Assembly: GCA_963756005.1 (NCBI GenBank)
Contig: CAVWMC010000008.1
Location: forward strand, 438,541 to 502,540
Direction of reading: 5' to 3'
Length of the DNA: 64,000 nt
Source of the DNA: an uncultured delta proteobacterium
GTDB taxonomy: Bacteria > Desulfobacterota > Binatia > Binatales > Binataceae
The notes under the pieces are model-generated. The model was not told the origin of the DNA. It saw nothing but the letters and a program-made list of their open reading frames with translations, and made no database searches. The translations under genes and the position numbers were made by a program. Positions 19,439 through 29,404 of this stretch are shown piece after piece (position 1 is the first letter of the stretch; each line of letters begins with the position of its first letter).

Positions 19439-20405
19439 CTACACCTGCAGCCCTTGCAGAACCACTTTTGCCAACGCCGCCGCCCGCTCGGGAGTGGTCA
19501 TGATCGTGTCGGTTGCAATCGCGCGCATCCCGAGCCGCTCGATCGGTTCGACGTAGCTGCGATCGGCGTGGTCGAGAACCAACAGCCCGACGATATCGCG
19601 ATAGAGCCGCGCGACGCCGAGCGGCGAGACTTCCATCCCAAGTCCGCGCAGCATCTTGTCGGCGGGACCTTTAATCGTCTTGCCGCCGACGATCGGGCTG
19701 ATAGCCGCGACGCGCGATTTCACGCGGCGCAGCGCCTCGCGCACGCCTTTCAATTGCAAAATCGGGCCGATCGAGACGAAAGGATTCGACGGCGCCAGGA
19801 TAACCGCGGCGGATTTGCGAATCGCGTCGAGGACCGGCGGCGGTGGGGCGCGCGTCGGCGATTCCTCGCAGTTCGATCTTCTCGACGGCGCCGCGCGCGC
19901 GACCGCGCACGAAATATTCCTGGAACGGGATCGCTCGACGCCCGCGCAGTTTCACGAAGGTCCGCACGCGATCGTCGCTCATCGGGATAATTCGCGACGT
20001 GACTCCGAACGCGGCCGCGATCTCCGCGGTGATCCGACTTAGCGATACGCCCTGGCGCATCCGTTCGGTGCGATATAGATGAGTGGCGAGGTCGCGATCG
20101 CCAAGGCCGAACCACGGCTTGCCATAAAAGCGCTCGAGCGCCGGCAGTACGTTGAATGATTCGCCCGCGAGGCCCCAGCCCTGCGCACGATTCACCGCGC
20201 CCGCGAGCGTGTAGGTGACGGTGTCGATATCCGGCGAGACGTGCAGCCCGTAAAAGGTTTCGTCGTCGCCGGTGTTGACGACGACGGTCAGCCGCGCCGG
20301 CTCGATTCGCCGAACCAATCCGCGGATGAACTTAGCCGCACCCACTCCCCCCGCTAGCGTGGTTATCTGCCGTGACGGTAGGGTTCGCGATTGGCCGCGC
20401 GCCAT
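19439..20405 (-). CDS. cofD: 2-phospho-L-lactate transferase (apparent +1 frameshift at ~19834-19840; start approximate)
   Basis: LAGGVGAAKF, VNTGDD, SPDIDTV, GDRD and FQEYFV; after the shift come PSNPFVSIGPIL, ISPIVGG and GPAD. Confidence 0.9.
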
Positions 20406-21585
20406 TGGGTGCCTTTTTGCCGTAGAGCTTTTTGTAGAGCGTGGTGCGTTCGACCGCGACGCGGCCCATCTCGCGCGCCTTGTCCTCGAACACGTCAACC
20501 GGGATGAACTCGCCCGAGTCGCCGCCCGCTTGCGCGGTGATGCTTTCCTCCATCAGTGTGCCCGACAGATCGTTGCATCCGGCCTTGAGCGTCAGCGCCG
20601 CGAGATCGATGCCGCACTTCACCCACGAGGTCTGGAGATTGTCGATCTGCCCGCGCAGGAACAGCCGCGAAGTCGCGTACATCTGGAAATCGAGCTGCCC
20701 GCGATCGACCGGCGACACCAGGCCCTTGCGATAGAGCATCGTGTTCTGATGGATGAAGCGCAGCGGCACGAACTCGGTGAAGCCATGCGTCTGTTTCTGG
20801 ATGGTGCGCAGCAAGTCGAGATGATTGACGACGTGCTGCGGACTCTCGACGTGCCCGTACATCACGGTTGAGGTCGTCGGCACGCCGACCGCATGCGCGG
20901 TGGTGATTATCTCGACCCACGCGGCGACATCGACTTTCTTGTGACTCAGAATTTCGCGCACGCCGTCGTCGAGGATTTCCGCCGCGGTGCCCGGAATCGA
21001 GCCGAGCCCGTGCTCCTTGAGCATCGTGATGTATTCCGGGTAGTCCATCCGCACGCGCTTGGCGCCGTACATTATTTCCATCGGCGAGAACGCGTGGATG
21101 TGAATCTCGGGGAACGCGCCCTTCATCGCGTCGAGCAGGTCGCGATATTTGAACGGCGGCATCTCGGCGTTGATGCCGCCCTGCATGCAAATCTCGGTGG
21201 CACCGCGCGCGACCGCGTCGGCAACTTTGTTGACGATCGCTTGGTCGGAATGATCGTAGGCGTCGGCCTCCCAGCGCTGGCGCTTGAAGCCGCAGAACTG
21301 GCATCCCACGAAACAGATATTGGTGAAGTTGATATTGCGATTGACGACGTAGGTCACTTCGTCGCCGATATCCTCGGCGCGCGCGAGGTCCGCGCATTTC
21401 ACCGTCGCGCGCAAGTCGTCGCCTTCCGACGTGTAGAGCAGCAGCCCCTCTTCGGGCGTCAACTCTTTTTTCGCGAGAGCGTGTTCGAGCGCGATGCGCA
21501 CCGCGGGCGACGACCGGCCGAGCAAAGCTTCGACGGGGGTCGCCTCGATTTCATCGACGTAAGTGCGCCAGTACTCCAGGTTCAT
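20332..21585 (-). CDS. cofH: FO synthase subunit CofH (radical SAM)
   Basis: NRNINFTNICFVGCQFCGF, PGTAAEIL, MYGHVE, QTSWVK and GTLMEESI; ATGA overlap with cofG. Confidence 0.9.
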   Translation of the reverse strand: MNLEYWRTYVDEIEATPVEALLGRSSPAVRIALEHALAKKELTPEEGLLLYTSEGDDLRATVKCADLARAEDIGDEVTYVVNRNINFTNICFVGCQFCGFKRQRWEADAYDHSDQAIVNKVADAVARGATEICMQGGINAEMPPFKYRDLLDAMKGAFPEIHIHAFSPMEIMYGAKRVRMDYPEYITMLKEHGLGSIPGTAAEILDDGVREILSHKKVDVAAWVEIITTAHAVGVPTTSTVMYGHVESPQHVVNHLDLLRTIQKQTHGFTEFVPLRFIHQNTMLYRKGLVSPVDRGQLDFQMYATSRLFLRGQIDNLQTSWVKCGIDLAALTLKAGCNDLSGTLMEESITAQAGGDSGEFIPVDVFEDKAREMGRVAVERTTLYKKLYGKKAPNGARPIANPTVTADNHASGGSGCG

Positions 21586-22781
21586 GATTGGCCTCCGACA
21601 GGTCGATCCCATATCGCGCGCACTTTAGTCGCGACCGCCGGGTCGAGCCATTCATCATTGATGTATTCGTTATAAATTGCGAGCCTTTCACCTAGCGCGA
21701 AACCTGCTCGCGCACACGCCTCTCCGAGCTTTTCAATATGCGGCCACGGCGCCTCGGGATTCACGTAGTCCTTGCTGAGCGGCGAAATCCCGCCCCAGTC
21801 GTTGATTCCCGCGTTCAGGAACAATTCGATCTGACGCGGCGACAAGTTCGGCGGTGCCTGCACGTTCATCGTCGGACCGAGCACCAGCCGCGCAGTCGCG
21901 ATCGCGCGCGCCATGTCGTAAGCGTCGGGCTCCGGCGCGTCGGCCATCGCAATCTCAGGCTTCGCGCGAAAATTCTGGATGATCACTTCCTGGATATGAC
22001 CGTGACGCTCATGCGTGTCGCGAATCGCCGTCAGACTGAGCGCGCGCTCGGCCGGAGTCTCGCCGATGCCGAGCAGAATTCCGGTGGTGAACGGAATCCG
22101 CAGTGCGCCTGCGTCATCTATCATCTTGATACGCAGCGCGGGATCCTTGTCCGGCGCCGCCTGATGCACTCCGCCGCGCGCACGCAGCCGTGGCGAGATA
22201 TTTTCGAGCATCAAGCCCATGCTCGCGTTGAGCGGACGCAGTGCGCGCATCTCTTCGACTGTCATCAGCCCTGCGTTGGTATGCGGCAGCAGTCCTTCGG
22301 CAAGCGCTATTTCGCAGGCGCGGCCGACGTATTCAATTGTGGTGCGGACGCCGAGCGATGCGAGCGTGTCGCGATATTCTTTGAACGCGACTTCCGGCTT
22401 GTCGCCGAGGCACATCAGCGCCTCTTTGCATCCGAGTTCGGCGCCGCGCCGCGACCACAGCGCAATCTCGTCGGGCATCATCGTCCACGCGCCCGGGTCG
22501 CCGGGATCTTTGCGGAAGGTGCAATAGGTGCATCGGTCGCGGCATAAATTGGTGATCGGTAAAAAAACTTTGCGCGAGTAGGTAACGTCGCGACCCTTGC
22601 CGCGATCGCGCAGCTCAGCCGCCGCAGAGAGCATGACGTCGAGATCGCTGTCCGGACATTCGATCAGCGCGATCGCGTCGGCATCGCTAAGGCGCGCGCC
22701 CGCGAGCGCTCGATCGAGAATCTCGCGAATCGGCGCGCGTTCGCGTTGCTCGGAAGCGAGCGATGAATGTAGCGACGCCAT
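21582..22781 (-). CDS. cofG: FO synthase subunit CofG (radical SAM)
   Basis: TYSRKVFLPITNLCRDRCTYC, LPHTNAG, SMGLMLE, FTTGILLGIGE, QAPPNL and DWGGISP. Confidence 0.92.
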   Translation of the reverse strand: MASLHSSLASEQRERAPIREILDRALAGARLSDADAIALIECPDSDLDVMLSAAAELRDRGKGRDVTYSRKVFLPITNLCRDRCTYCTFRKDPGDPGAWTMMPDEIALWSRRGAELGCKEALMCLGDKPEVAFKEYRDTLASLGVRTTIEYVGRACEIALAEGLLPHTNAGLMTVEEMRALRPLNASMGLMLENISPRLRARGGVHQAAPDKDPALRIKMIDDAGALRIPFTTGILLGIGETPAERALSLTAIRDTHERHGHIQEVIIQNFRAKPEIAMADAPEPDAYDMARAIATARLVLGPTMNVQAPPNLSPRQIELFLNAGINDWGGISPLSKDYVNPEAPWPHIEKLGEACARAGFALGERLAIYNEYINDEWLDPAVATKVRAIWDRPVGGQS

Positions 22782-22819
22782 CAATCGCGTTTATAAGACA
22801 TCAGGTACGAGGAGGCAAC

Positions 22820-22936
22820 CTAGTTGCAAAACAAAACCGCAGTCGCAGCGGCCGCGATGATAATCAAGGGCTCTCCGTGCGCGACGCGAATGAGTTCAGG
22901 AAAAAGATGTAACCAAATCGCGCCGCGAGCGTCCAT
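22820..22936 (-). CDS. Putative 38-aa membrane peptide
   Basis: MDARGAIWLHLFPELIRVAHGEPLIIIAAAATAVLFCN; resembles the peptide at 23071-23193. Confidence 0.4.
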   Translation of the reverse strand: MDARGAIWLHLFPELIRVAHGEPLIIIAAAATAVLFCN

Positions 22937-23070
22937 TTGGGGAGCTTGGCTGAGATTCTCTCCCCCCCGGGGTTTTTCCAGTCGGCTTCGGGCTGGCGAC
23001 GGGACCCCTCCTCGCTGGCCCGTTCCATTTTTCAGGCGAGCGTGGCGCAGCTTGACGACTCTCGATGTCT

Positions 23071-23193
23071 CTAGATTCCCGAAAAATAAATTAGAATCGC
23101 CGCGCCGACGGCCGCGATTATTATGATCGGCACGTAGTGGCTCTCTTCGACCTTCGGCCACCACGGGAACCATGGGAAGGGGTTCGTCTTCAC
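23071..23193 (-). CDS. Putative 40-aa membrane peptide
   Basis: GTG start; MKTNPFPWFPWWPKVEESHYVPIIIIAAVGAAILIYFSGI with a C-terminal TM helix. Confidence 0.5.
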   Translation of the reverse strand: MKTNPFPWFPWWPKVEESHYVPIIIIAAVGAAILIYFSGI

Positions 23194-23245
23194 TCTTCAA
23201 CTTTACTCTCCAGTCGTTTGATGCGCGAATTCCGGTGGCCATACT

Positions 23246-23322
23246 GTGGCACAGGCTTTAGCCTGTGATTTTCTGGTCCATGCAAAGCCAGGCTGAGGAC
23301 CACAGGCTAAAGCCTGTGCCAC
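23246..23322. repeat. REP doublet (REPIN-like): perfect 22-bp inverted pair GTGGCACAGGCTTTAGCCTGTG
   Basis: 23246-23267 is the reverse complement of 23301-23322; each arm is itself a hairpin cacaggct-N-agcctgtg. Confidence 0.85.
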
Positions 23323-23335
23323 TGGAGGACGCATC

Positions 23336-24259
23336 ATGATGCCGACCGACCAACTCGCACACACCTACTCGATTGTCGCGCGCGATGCTGACAGCGGGCA
23401 GCTTGGCGTTGCCGTGCAGTCGCATTACTTCTCCGTCGGCTCGGTCGTCACGTGGGCGGAAGCGGGAGTCGGCGCGGTCGCGTCGCAAGCGTTCTCCGAT
23501 CCGGCGTATGGAAAGCTCGGGCTCGACTTGATGCGCGCGCGCAAGAGTGCGCCGGACGCGCTCGCGGGTCTGCTCGCCGCGGATCCGATGAAGGAGGTTC
23601 GGCAGGTCGCGATGGTCGATGCGCTTGGCCGGGTCGCAGCGCATACCGGTTCGACGACGATTCCTGAAGCCGGACACATCGTCGGCGACGGTTTTTCCGT
23701 GCAGGCCAACATGATGCTCAAGAACACGGTGTGGCCGGCGATGGCCGCGGCGTACCGCAGTGCCAAGGGTGAACTCGTCGATCGATTCCTCGCCGCGCTC
23801 GACGCGGCCGAGGCTGAAGGCGGCGACATTCGCGGGCGTCAATCTGCGGCGATTTTGATCGTCGAAGCGAAGAGCACCGGCCGTCCGTGGATCGACACCA
23901 TCTTCGATCTTCGCGTGGACGACGCGGCCGAACCGCTGGTCGAGGTTCGCCGACTCGTCGCCGTCCGCCGCGCGTACATTCATATGCGTCTTGGTAACGA
24001 GGCGGCTCAGCGCGGCGATCTGGATGCCACCGTGCGCGAGTTCACCGACGCCGAGCGGCTGATAGGCGACAATCCTGAAATGCGCTACTGGCACGCGATT
24101 GCGTTGCTTCAGCTCGGCAAGATCGACGCCGGTCTCGCGATCCTGCGCGAAGTCGGGCACCGCGATCGCAACTGGATCGAGCTCACACTGCGATTGCCCG
24201 CGTTGCTGCTTATCGGCGACGCATCGTTGAAAGACCGTGTTAGAAAATTGCTGGAATGA
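23336..24259 (+). CDS. DUF1028 (Ntn-hydrolase-like) protein with C-terminal TPR-like helices
   Basis: HTYSIVARD..GQLGVAVQSH, GVGAVASQ, GGDIRGRQSAA and DLRVDD. Confidence 0.88.
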   Translation: MMPTDQLAHTYSIVARDADSGQLGVAVQSHYFSVGSVVTWAEAGVGAVASQAFSDPAYGKLGLDLMRARKSAPDALAGLLAADPMKEVRQVAMVDALGRVAAHTGSTTIPEAGHIVGDGFSVQANMMLKNTVWPAMAAAYRSAKGELVDRFLAALDAAEAEGGDIRGRQSAAILIVEAKSTGRPWIDTIFDLRVDDAAEPLVEVRRLVAVRRAYIHMRLGNEAAQRGDLDATVREFTDAERLIGDNPEMRYWHAIALLQLGKIDAGLAILREVGHRDRNWIELTLRLPALLLIGDASLKDRVRKLLE

Positions 24260-24346
24260 CTGTCGCCTTGGAGACAAAAGCGTTTTGCCCCGCTCCCCTG
24301 TTGGAGTTAGTCTGAACGGGATAGCTGAGACCGGAGTACACGCAAG

Positions 24347-25387
24347 ATGCCCGAAACCAATGTTGCGCGCGGTGTTGCCGAGCCGGCTCCGCGCGTCGAG
24401 TACGAGCTGCAACTCTATTACTGGATGAAGTTGATTCGTGCGTTCGAGGAACGCGTCTCGCGCTTGCATCGCCAGAACAAAATCCTCGGCGGCGTTTACT
24501 CGGGCGCCGGACAGGAGGCGATCGTCACCGGGATTTGCGCGCCGCTGCACGACGGCGACTTCGTCGCGCCGCTCCATCGCGACATGGGCGTGTTCATCAT
24601 GCGCGGCGTCGAGCCGGGCCGGCTGATGGCGCAATTGATGGGCAAGGAAACCGGCTTGTCGCGCGGCAAAGATTCGTTTCTGCACGGCGGCGACTTGGAG
24701 CATGGCGTATTCGGATCGACCTCGATGCTGGGGTCGTCGCTGCCGGTCGCGGTCGGCGCCGCGCTCAAATTCAAAATGAAAAAGAATCCCAACGTCGCGG
24801 TCGCCTTCTTTGGCGAAGGCGCGGCCTCGCGCGGCGACGTGCATGAGGCGATGAACTTTGCCGGCGTGCACAAACTGCCGGTGGTGTTCGTGTGCGAGAA
24901 CAATCGCTACGCGTATTCGACGCCGCTGGAAAAGCAGATGGCGATCGAAGACGTCGCGGATCGCGCGGTCGCCTACGGCTTCAAGGGTTACGTGTGCTCG
25001 GGCAACGATCTGCTCGCGGTGCTCGAACTGAGCGAGCGGATGATTGCCAAGACGCGCGCCGGCGAGGGTCCGGTGCTGATCGAATGCAAGACCTATCGCT
25101 ACCGCGGGCATAGCGAGCACGACGCGGCGCTGTATCGCGACCAGGAAGAGCTGATCGAATGGCAGAGCCGCGACCCGATCCCGCGCTTCGAGTTCTATCT
25201 CGAAAAGAAAGGCCACGAGATCAAGAGTATCCGCGAGCAGATCGACGAACGGGTGAACAAGACGGTGCAGGCGGCGGTGGATTTCGCCGAAAGCAGCCCG
25301 CTGCCAGAATCTCAAGAAGCACTTGAAGATATTTACGCGCCGCCTTCGGCCACCGCGCCCAACTCTTCGTCCAACGGTAACCGCTAA
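24347..25387 (+). CDS. 2-oxoacid dehydrogenase E1 alpha (pyruvate/branched-chain)
   Basis: GQEA; TPP motif FGEGA..GDVHEAMNFA..ENN; TYRYRGHSEHD. Confidence 0.92.
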   Translation: MPETNVARGVAEPAPRVEYELQLYYWMKLIRAFEERVSRLHRQNKILGGVYSGAGQEAIVTGICAPLHDGDFVAPLHRDMGVFIMRGVEPGRLMAQLMGKETGLSRGKDSFLHGGDLEHGVFGSTSMLGSSLPVAVGAALKFKMKKNPNVAVAFFGEGAASRGDVHEAMNFAGVHKLPVVFVCENNRYAYSTPLEKQMAIEDVADRAVAYGFKGYVCSGNDLLAVLELSERMIAKTRAGEGPVLIECKTYRYRGHSEHDAALYRDQEELIEWQSRDPIPRFEFYLEKKGHEIKSIREQIDERVNKTVQAAVDFAESSPLPESQEALEDIYAPPSATAPNSSSNGNR

Positions 25388-25390
25388 ATC

Positions 25391-26371
25391 ATGGAAGTCA
25401 CTTACATCAAGGCGATCAACTCCGCGCTGCATGAAGAAATGCGCCGCGACGAGAACGTGTTCGTCATGGGCGAGGACGTCGCGGACCTGGGCGGCGCGTT
25501 CAAGGCGACCGAAGGACTGCTCGACGCGTTCGGCGAGGAGCGCGTTATCGACACGCCTATCTCGGAGGCGCTGATCGTTGGCGCGGGAATCGGCGCGGCG
25601 GTGCTCGGGATGCGTCCGGTGGTCGAGATGCAGTTCGCGGATTTCATTTCGTGCGCCTTCGATCAGATCGTCAACATGGCGGCGACGCTGCGTTACCGTC
25701 ACGGCGGCAAGGCGGCGTGTCCGCTGGTGATTCGTGCGCCGTCGGGCGCGGGCGTTCACGGCGCGCTGTTTCATTCGCAGAATCCCGAAGCGTGGTTCAC
25801 GCGCGTGCCCGGACTCAAGGTGGTCGCGCCGGCGACTCCGTACGACGCGAAAGGAATTTTGAAAAGCGCGATTCGCGACGGCAACCCGGTCGTGTACTTC
25901 GAGCACAAGCGGCTCTATCGCAGTATCAAGGAAGACCTGCCGGAAGGCGATTTCACGGTGCCGATAGGGGTCGCGGAGATTCGTAAGGAAGGCGGCGACT
26001 TGTCGATCATCACCTACGGCGGCACGCTCGGGCAGTCGCTCGACGCGGCGCGAATCGTCGAGAAGGAAGACGGGCTCGCAGTCGAGGTGCTCGATTTGCG
26101 CACGCTGCTGCCGCTCGATCGCGAGGCGATACTGGCGACGGCGCGCAAGACCGGCAAGGTGCTGGTGGTGCACGAAGATCGTCTGACCGGCGGCATCGGC
26201 GGCGAGGTCTCGGCGATCATAATGGAGAACGCGTTCGAGTTTCTCGACGGTCCGGTGCGCCGGGTCGCGGCGGCCGACGCGCACGTCGCGTTCAGCCAGC
26301 CGCTCGAGGACTTCATCCTGCCGAGCACCAACAAAATCGTGGACGCGATTCGCAGCCTGGCGGCTTATTGA
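25391..26371 (+). CDS. 2-oxoacid dehydrogenase E1 beta
   Basis: GEDV, DTPISE, EMQFADF, HSQNPE, FEHK and DLRTLLPLD. Confidence 0.93.
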   Translation: MEVTYIKAINSALHEEMRRDENVFVMGEDVADLGGAFKATEGLLDAFGEERVIDTPISEALIVGAGIGAAVLGMRPVVEMQFADFISCAFDQIVNMAATLRYRHGGKAACPLVIRAPSGAGVHGALFHSQNPEAWFTRVPGLKVVAPATPYDAKGILKSAIRDGNPVVYFEHKRLYRSIKEDLPEGDFTVPIGVAEIRKEGGDLSIITYGGTLGQSLDAARIVEKEDGLAVEVLDLRTLLPLDREAILATARKTGKVLVVHEDRLTGGIGGEVSAIIMENAFEFLDGPVRRVAAADAHVAFSQPLEDFILPSTNKIVDAIRSLAAY

Positions 26372-26372
26372 A

Positions 26373-27764
26373 ATGGCGATCGACGTAACGATGCCGCAGA
26401 TGGGCGAGAGTGTCGTCGAAGGCACGATCACGAAGTGGCTGGTCAAGGAAGGCGACGTCGTCATCGAAGATCAGCCGCTGGTTGAGATTTCAACCGACAA
26501 GGTCGATACCGAGATTCCGTCGCCCGGCGCGGGGCGAATCGCGAAGATTGTCGCCGCGGAGGGGCAGACGCTGCCGGTCGGCGCGACGCTCGCGGTGATC
26601 GAGCCGGCGGGCGCCGAGGCTCCGGCAAAACTGAAGGTCGTCGCGCCGAAAGCCGCGCCCAAACCGGAACCCGCGCCTGTGCAAGTGAAACCAGTACCGC
26701 CGCCGCGGCAACCGGCGCCGACGCCGCAGCCGATGCAAGCGGCGGGCGCGGGACTTCGTGAAGCCGAGCCGGACGAGGGCGGTCCGCGACGGTTCTCGCC
26801 GGTCGTGCTGAAGATCGCGGCGGAAGAGGGCATCGATCTGAGTCGCGTTCCCGGGACGGGAATCGGCGGACGCGTCAGCAAGCGCGATCTCCAGCGCTAC
26901 CTCGATACGCTGCGCAAGGGTGGGACGCCGAGCGTCGCGCCGCAGCCGCAGACCAATGGCGCCGCGCAAAGCAGTCCGCGTCCGATGACGACGGCTACCG
27001 CGACGACGCAGCCGTCGATTCAATCGGGTCCGGGGTTCAAGCCGCCCATCTATCAGCCGAACGAAGGCGACATCGTCGAGCCGTTCACGCGGCGGCGCAA
27101 GCTGATCGCCGAGCACATGGTGTACTCGAAGACGCATTCGCCGCACGTCGGCACCGTCGCGGAAGTCGATGTTACCAATGCGATGCGCTTGCGCGAGAAG
27201 CACAAAACTGAGTTCGCGCGGCGCGAAGGATTCAATCTCACCTTCTTGCCGCTGGCGGCCGCGGCGACGGTGCGCGCGCTCAAGGAATTTCCGCGGATGA
27301 ACGCGTCGGTGGTCGGCGATTCGGTGGTGACGCGCCGCGAGATCAATCTCGGCATCGCGATGGACACCGACGAAGGCCTGCTGGTGCCGGTGATCAAGGC
27401 CGCGGAAGGAATGTCGGTGGTGGGGATCGCGCGCGCGATCGAGAGTCTGCGCCGCAAAGTCGCCGAGAAGAAGATCACCGCCGACGATCTCGCGGGCGGC
27501 AGCTTCACGCTCTCGAATCCCGGGCGCGAGGGTAATCTTTACGGCTTCGCGATCATCAATCAGCCGCAAGTCGGAATCCTGCGAATGGGTGAGGTCAAGA
27601 AGCGGCCGGTGGTGGTCGAAGTTGACGGCGCCGACGCGCTCGCGATTCGCACCATGATGTACCTGGCACTGTCGTACGACCATCGCGTCGTCGACGGCGT
27701 CCTCGGCAACAGCTTCCTGTATCGCGCCGCCCGCATCCTGGAAGAAGCCGACTTCGAATTGTAG
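26373..27764 (+). CDS. Dihydrolipoamide acyltransferase E2
   Basis: Lipoyl motif EISTDKVDTEIPSP; E3-binding domain GTGIGGRV; SYDHRVVDG. Confidence 0.93.
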   Translation: MAIDVTMPQMGESVVEGTITKWLVKEGDVVIEDQPLVEISTDKVDTEIPSPGAGRIAKIVAAEGQTLPVGATLAVIEPAGAEAPAKLKVVAPKAAPKPEPAPVQVKPVPPPRQPAPTPQPMQAAGAGLREAEPDEGGPRRFSPVVLKIAAEEGIDLSRVPGTGIGGRVSKRDLQRYLDTLRKGGTPSVAPQPQTNGAAQSSPRPMTTATATTQPSIQSGPGFKPPIYQPNEGDIVEPFTRRRKLIAEHMVYSKTHSPHVGTVAEVDVTNAMRLREKHKTEFARREGFNLTFLPLAAAATVRALKEFPRMNASVVGDSVVTRREINLGIAMDTDEGLLVPVIKAAEGMSVVGIARAIESLRRKVAEKKITADDLAGGSFTLSNPGREGNLYGFAIINQPQVGILRMGEVKKRPVVVEVDGADALAIRTMMYLALSYDHRVVDGVLGNSFLYRAARILEEADFEL

Positions 27765-27766
27765 CC

Positions 27767-28423
27767 TCAGGTCGTATGCGCACCTCGCTGCGAGCGCAAT
27801 TGTTGCAGCATGTTCGCGATCTGGCCGCTGAGGTCGCCGATTGTGCGGCTGAGTGCGGCGGCGGCCTCGGTCATGTCGCCGGGTTTTGAGGGTTGGGTCA
27901 GATTGGATTCCACCGTGTAGAGGATGTTCTTGCCGGTCGAGTCCAGGATTGTCCATTTAGCCGACAGCGTCGCCGTGCCGTTGGCGTCGGTCTCGAAGCG
28001 ATAGACGTCGATTTGCACCTGCATGTCGATGTGCACGGTGTTGTACCACGGGAATACGATCACCGTGGCGCCGGCTTGCGCGGCGAGGTCGCGCTCGATC
28101 GCGCTGGTGAAGCCGTTTTGGATCGACTCGCCCCATCGATCTTCCTTCGAGAGCTCAAGACGGTTCGGCGCCGCGCGGGTCACTACCTCCGGACGATCGA
28201 GGTAGGGAGGAAGCTTGATCGGTCCCAGTCCCAGCGTGAAATTGCCGCTGGTGGCGGCGGCTGCTTGCGCCGGCGCTGCGGTGTCCGCGGTGGGCGTGAG
28301 GAGATAGAACTTCGAGACGTCTTTTTGCGGGGCGAGGACCTGCCTCGCCATGTATGAGCATCCGGTCATCGACGGCGCAATTACGCCCGCCAGGAAAATT
28401 CTGAAAAAACTGGTCAAGGTCAT
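27767..28423 (-). other. pqiC: PqiC-family ABC auxiliary lipoprotein
   Basis: Lipobox TGC; FYLL, LGPIKLPPYLDRP, RWGE and W.I motifs. Confidence 0.82.
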
Positions 28424-28426
28424 CGG

Positions 28427-29404
28427 TTAGTCCTGGCTGAAGTCGCGGCCGCGAACGATCGCGCTCGGGTTACGTTGCAGGTAGTCCGCCAATTCCTTGA
28501 TCGAGTGCGCGGCGGCGGAGACATCCTGCAGCGTCTGCAGGGCCTGGTAGTTGATCGGCGAGTTGGGCTCGATCGTCGTCTGCACGGTGCCGAGCGTCAA
28601 TGTTGCCTGCCTGGCGGCGGCGTCGGCCGAGGTCGAGGTTTTCTGCAACGATTTCGACAGCGGCGGTATCTGGTCATTCGCGGTGCTGAGCGTCTGCTGC
28701 GCGCCGGCGAGAGTGTGGTCGAGTTGCTCGCGCGTCTTCTCGGAGTTGTTTACCACCTGCTTGAGCGCGGGCGAGTTGGTGATTTCCCTGATCGATTCCA
28801 GCATCCCGGTCATCTGGGTGAAGACGGCGTTGAAATCGACCTTGTCGAGCCGCTCGAAGATTCGGACCGCGACGGCCTGCGCTTGTTCGAGGGTGTTGGG
28901 TATGGCGGGAATTTCCTGGAGCGGAGATCCGGGCGGCGCGACCATCTGAATCGGCGTATTCGGCTCGATATCGAGCGCAACGTACATCAGGCCGGTGACG
29001 AAGCTGTCCGAGCCGAGTTGCGCGCGCATCCCCTCGCGAATCAGGTTGGGAATCGTATGCGGGTCGTCGAGGTCGATGGAGGTGCCGCCGTGGGAAACAA
29101 TTTTCTCCTCGTCGAGCTCGATAATCACCGGGATGCGCACGTCGGCGCGCAACTGGCCGTTGTAGCGGTTGACGTCCTGTTCGAGGCGCAGCTTGATGCG
29201 CTTGACCGCGCCTATTTCGACGCCCTTGAACTTGACCGGCGCGCCGACGCGGAGGCCGTTGATGTCGCCGCCGAAGTAGATGACGAATTCGTGGGTCTTG
29301 CGGAACAGGCTGCCGGATCCGAAGACCACGACCGCGGCCAGGATGAGCCCGACCGCGCCCAGAACGAACGCGCCCACCGTCGCCGGATTGATTCGTTTAC
29401 CCAT
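28427..29404 (-). CDS. mlaD: MlaD/MCE domain protein
   Basis: VGAFVLG TM; GLRVGAPVKFKGVEIGAV, GMRAQL..VTG and LADYLQRNPSAIVRG. Confidence 0.88.
   Translation of the reverse strand: MGKRINPATVGAFVLGAVGLILAAVVVFGSGSLFRKTHEFVIYFGGDINGLRVGAPVKFKGVEIGAVKRIKLRLEQDVNRYNGQLRADVRIPVIIELDEEKIVSHGGTSIDLDDPHTIPNLIREGMRAQLGSDSFVTGLMYVALDIEPNTPIQMVAPPGSPLQEIPAIPNTLEQAQAVAVRIFERLDKVDFNAVFTQMTGMLESIREITNSPALKQVVNNSEKTREQLDHTLAGAQQTLSTANDQIPPLSKSLQKTSTSADAAARQATLTLGTVQTTIEPNSPINYQALQTLQDVSAAAHSIKELADYLQRNPSAIVRGRDFSQD

Noticed and set aside
22820-23242. 140-aa ORF from the track
   Set aside because: Its N-terminal 100 aa look non-coding; better explained by two small ORFs in different frames.
23258-26464. 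1068-aa minus-strand ORF
   Set aside because: Antisense to DUF1028 and the E1 alpha/beta genes; no recognisable domains.
24347-27764. E1/E2 cluster lacking E3 as a novel system
   Set aside because: lpd is commonly encoded elsewhere and shared between complexes.
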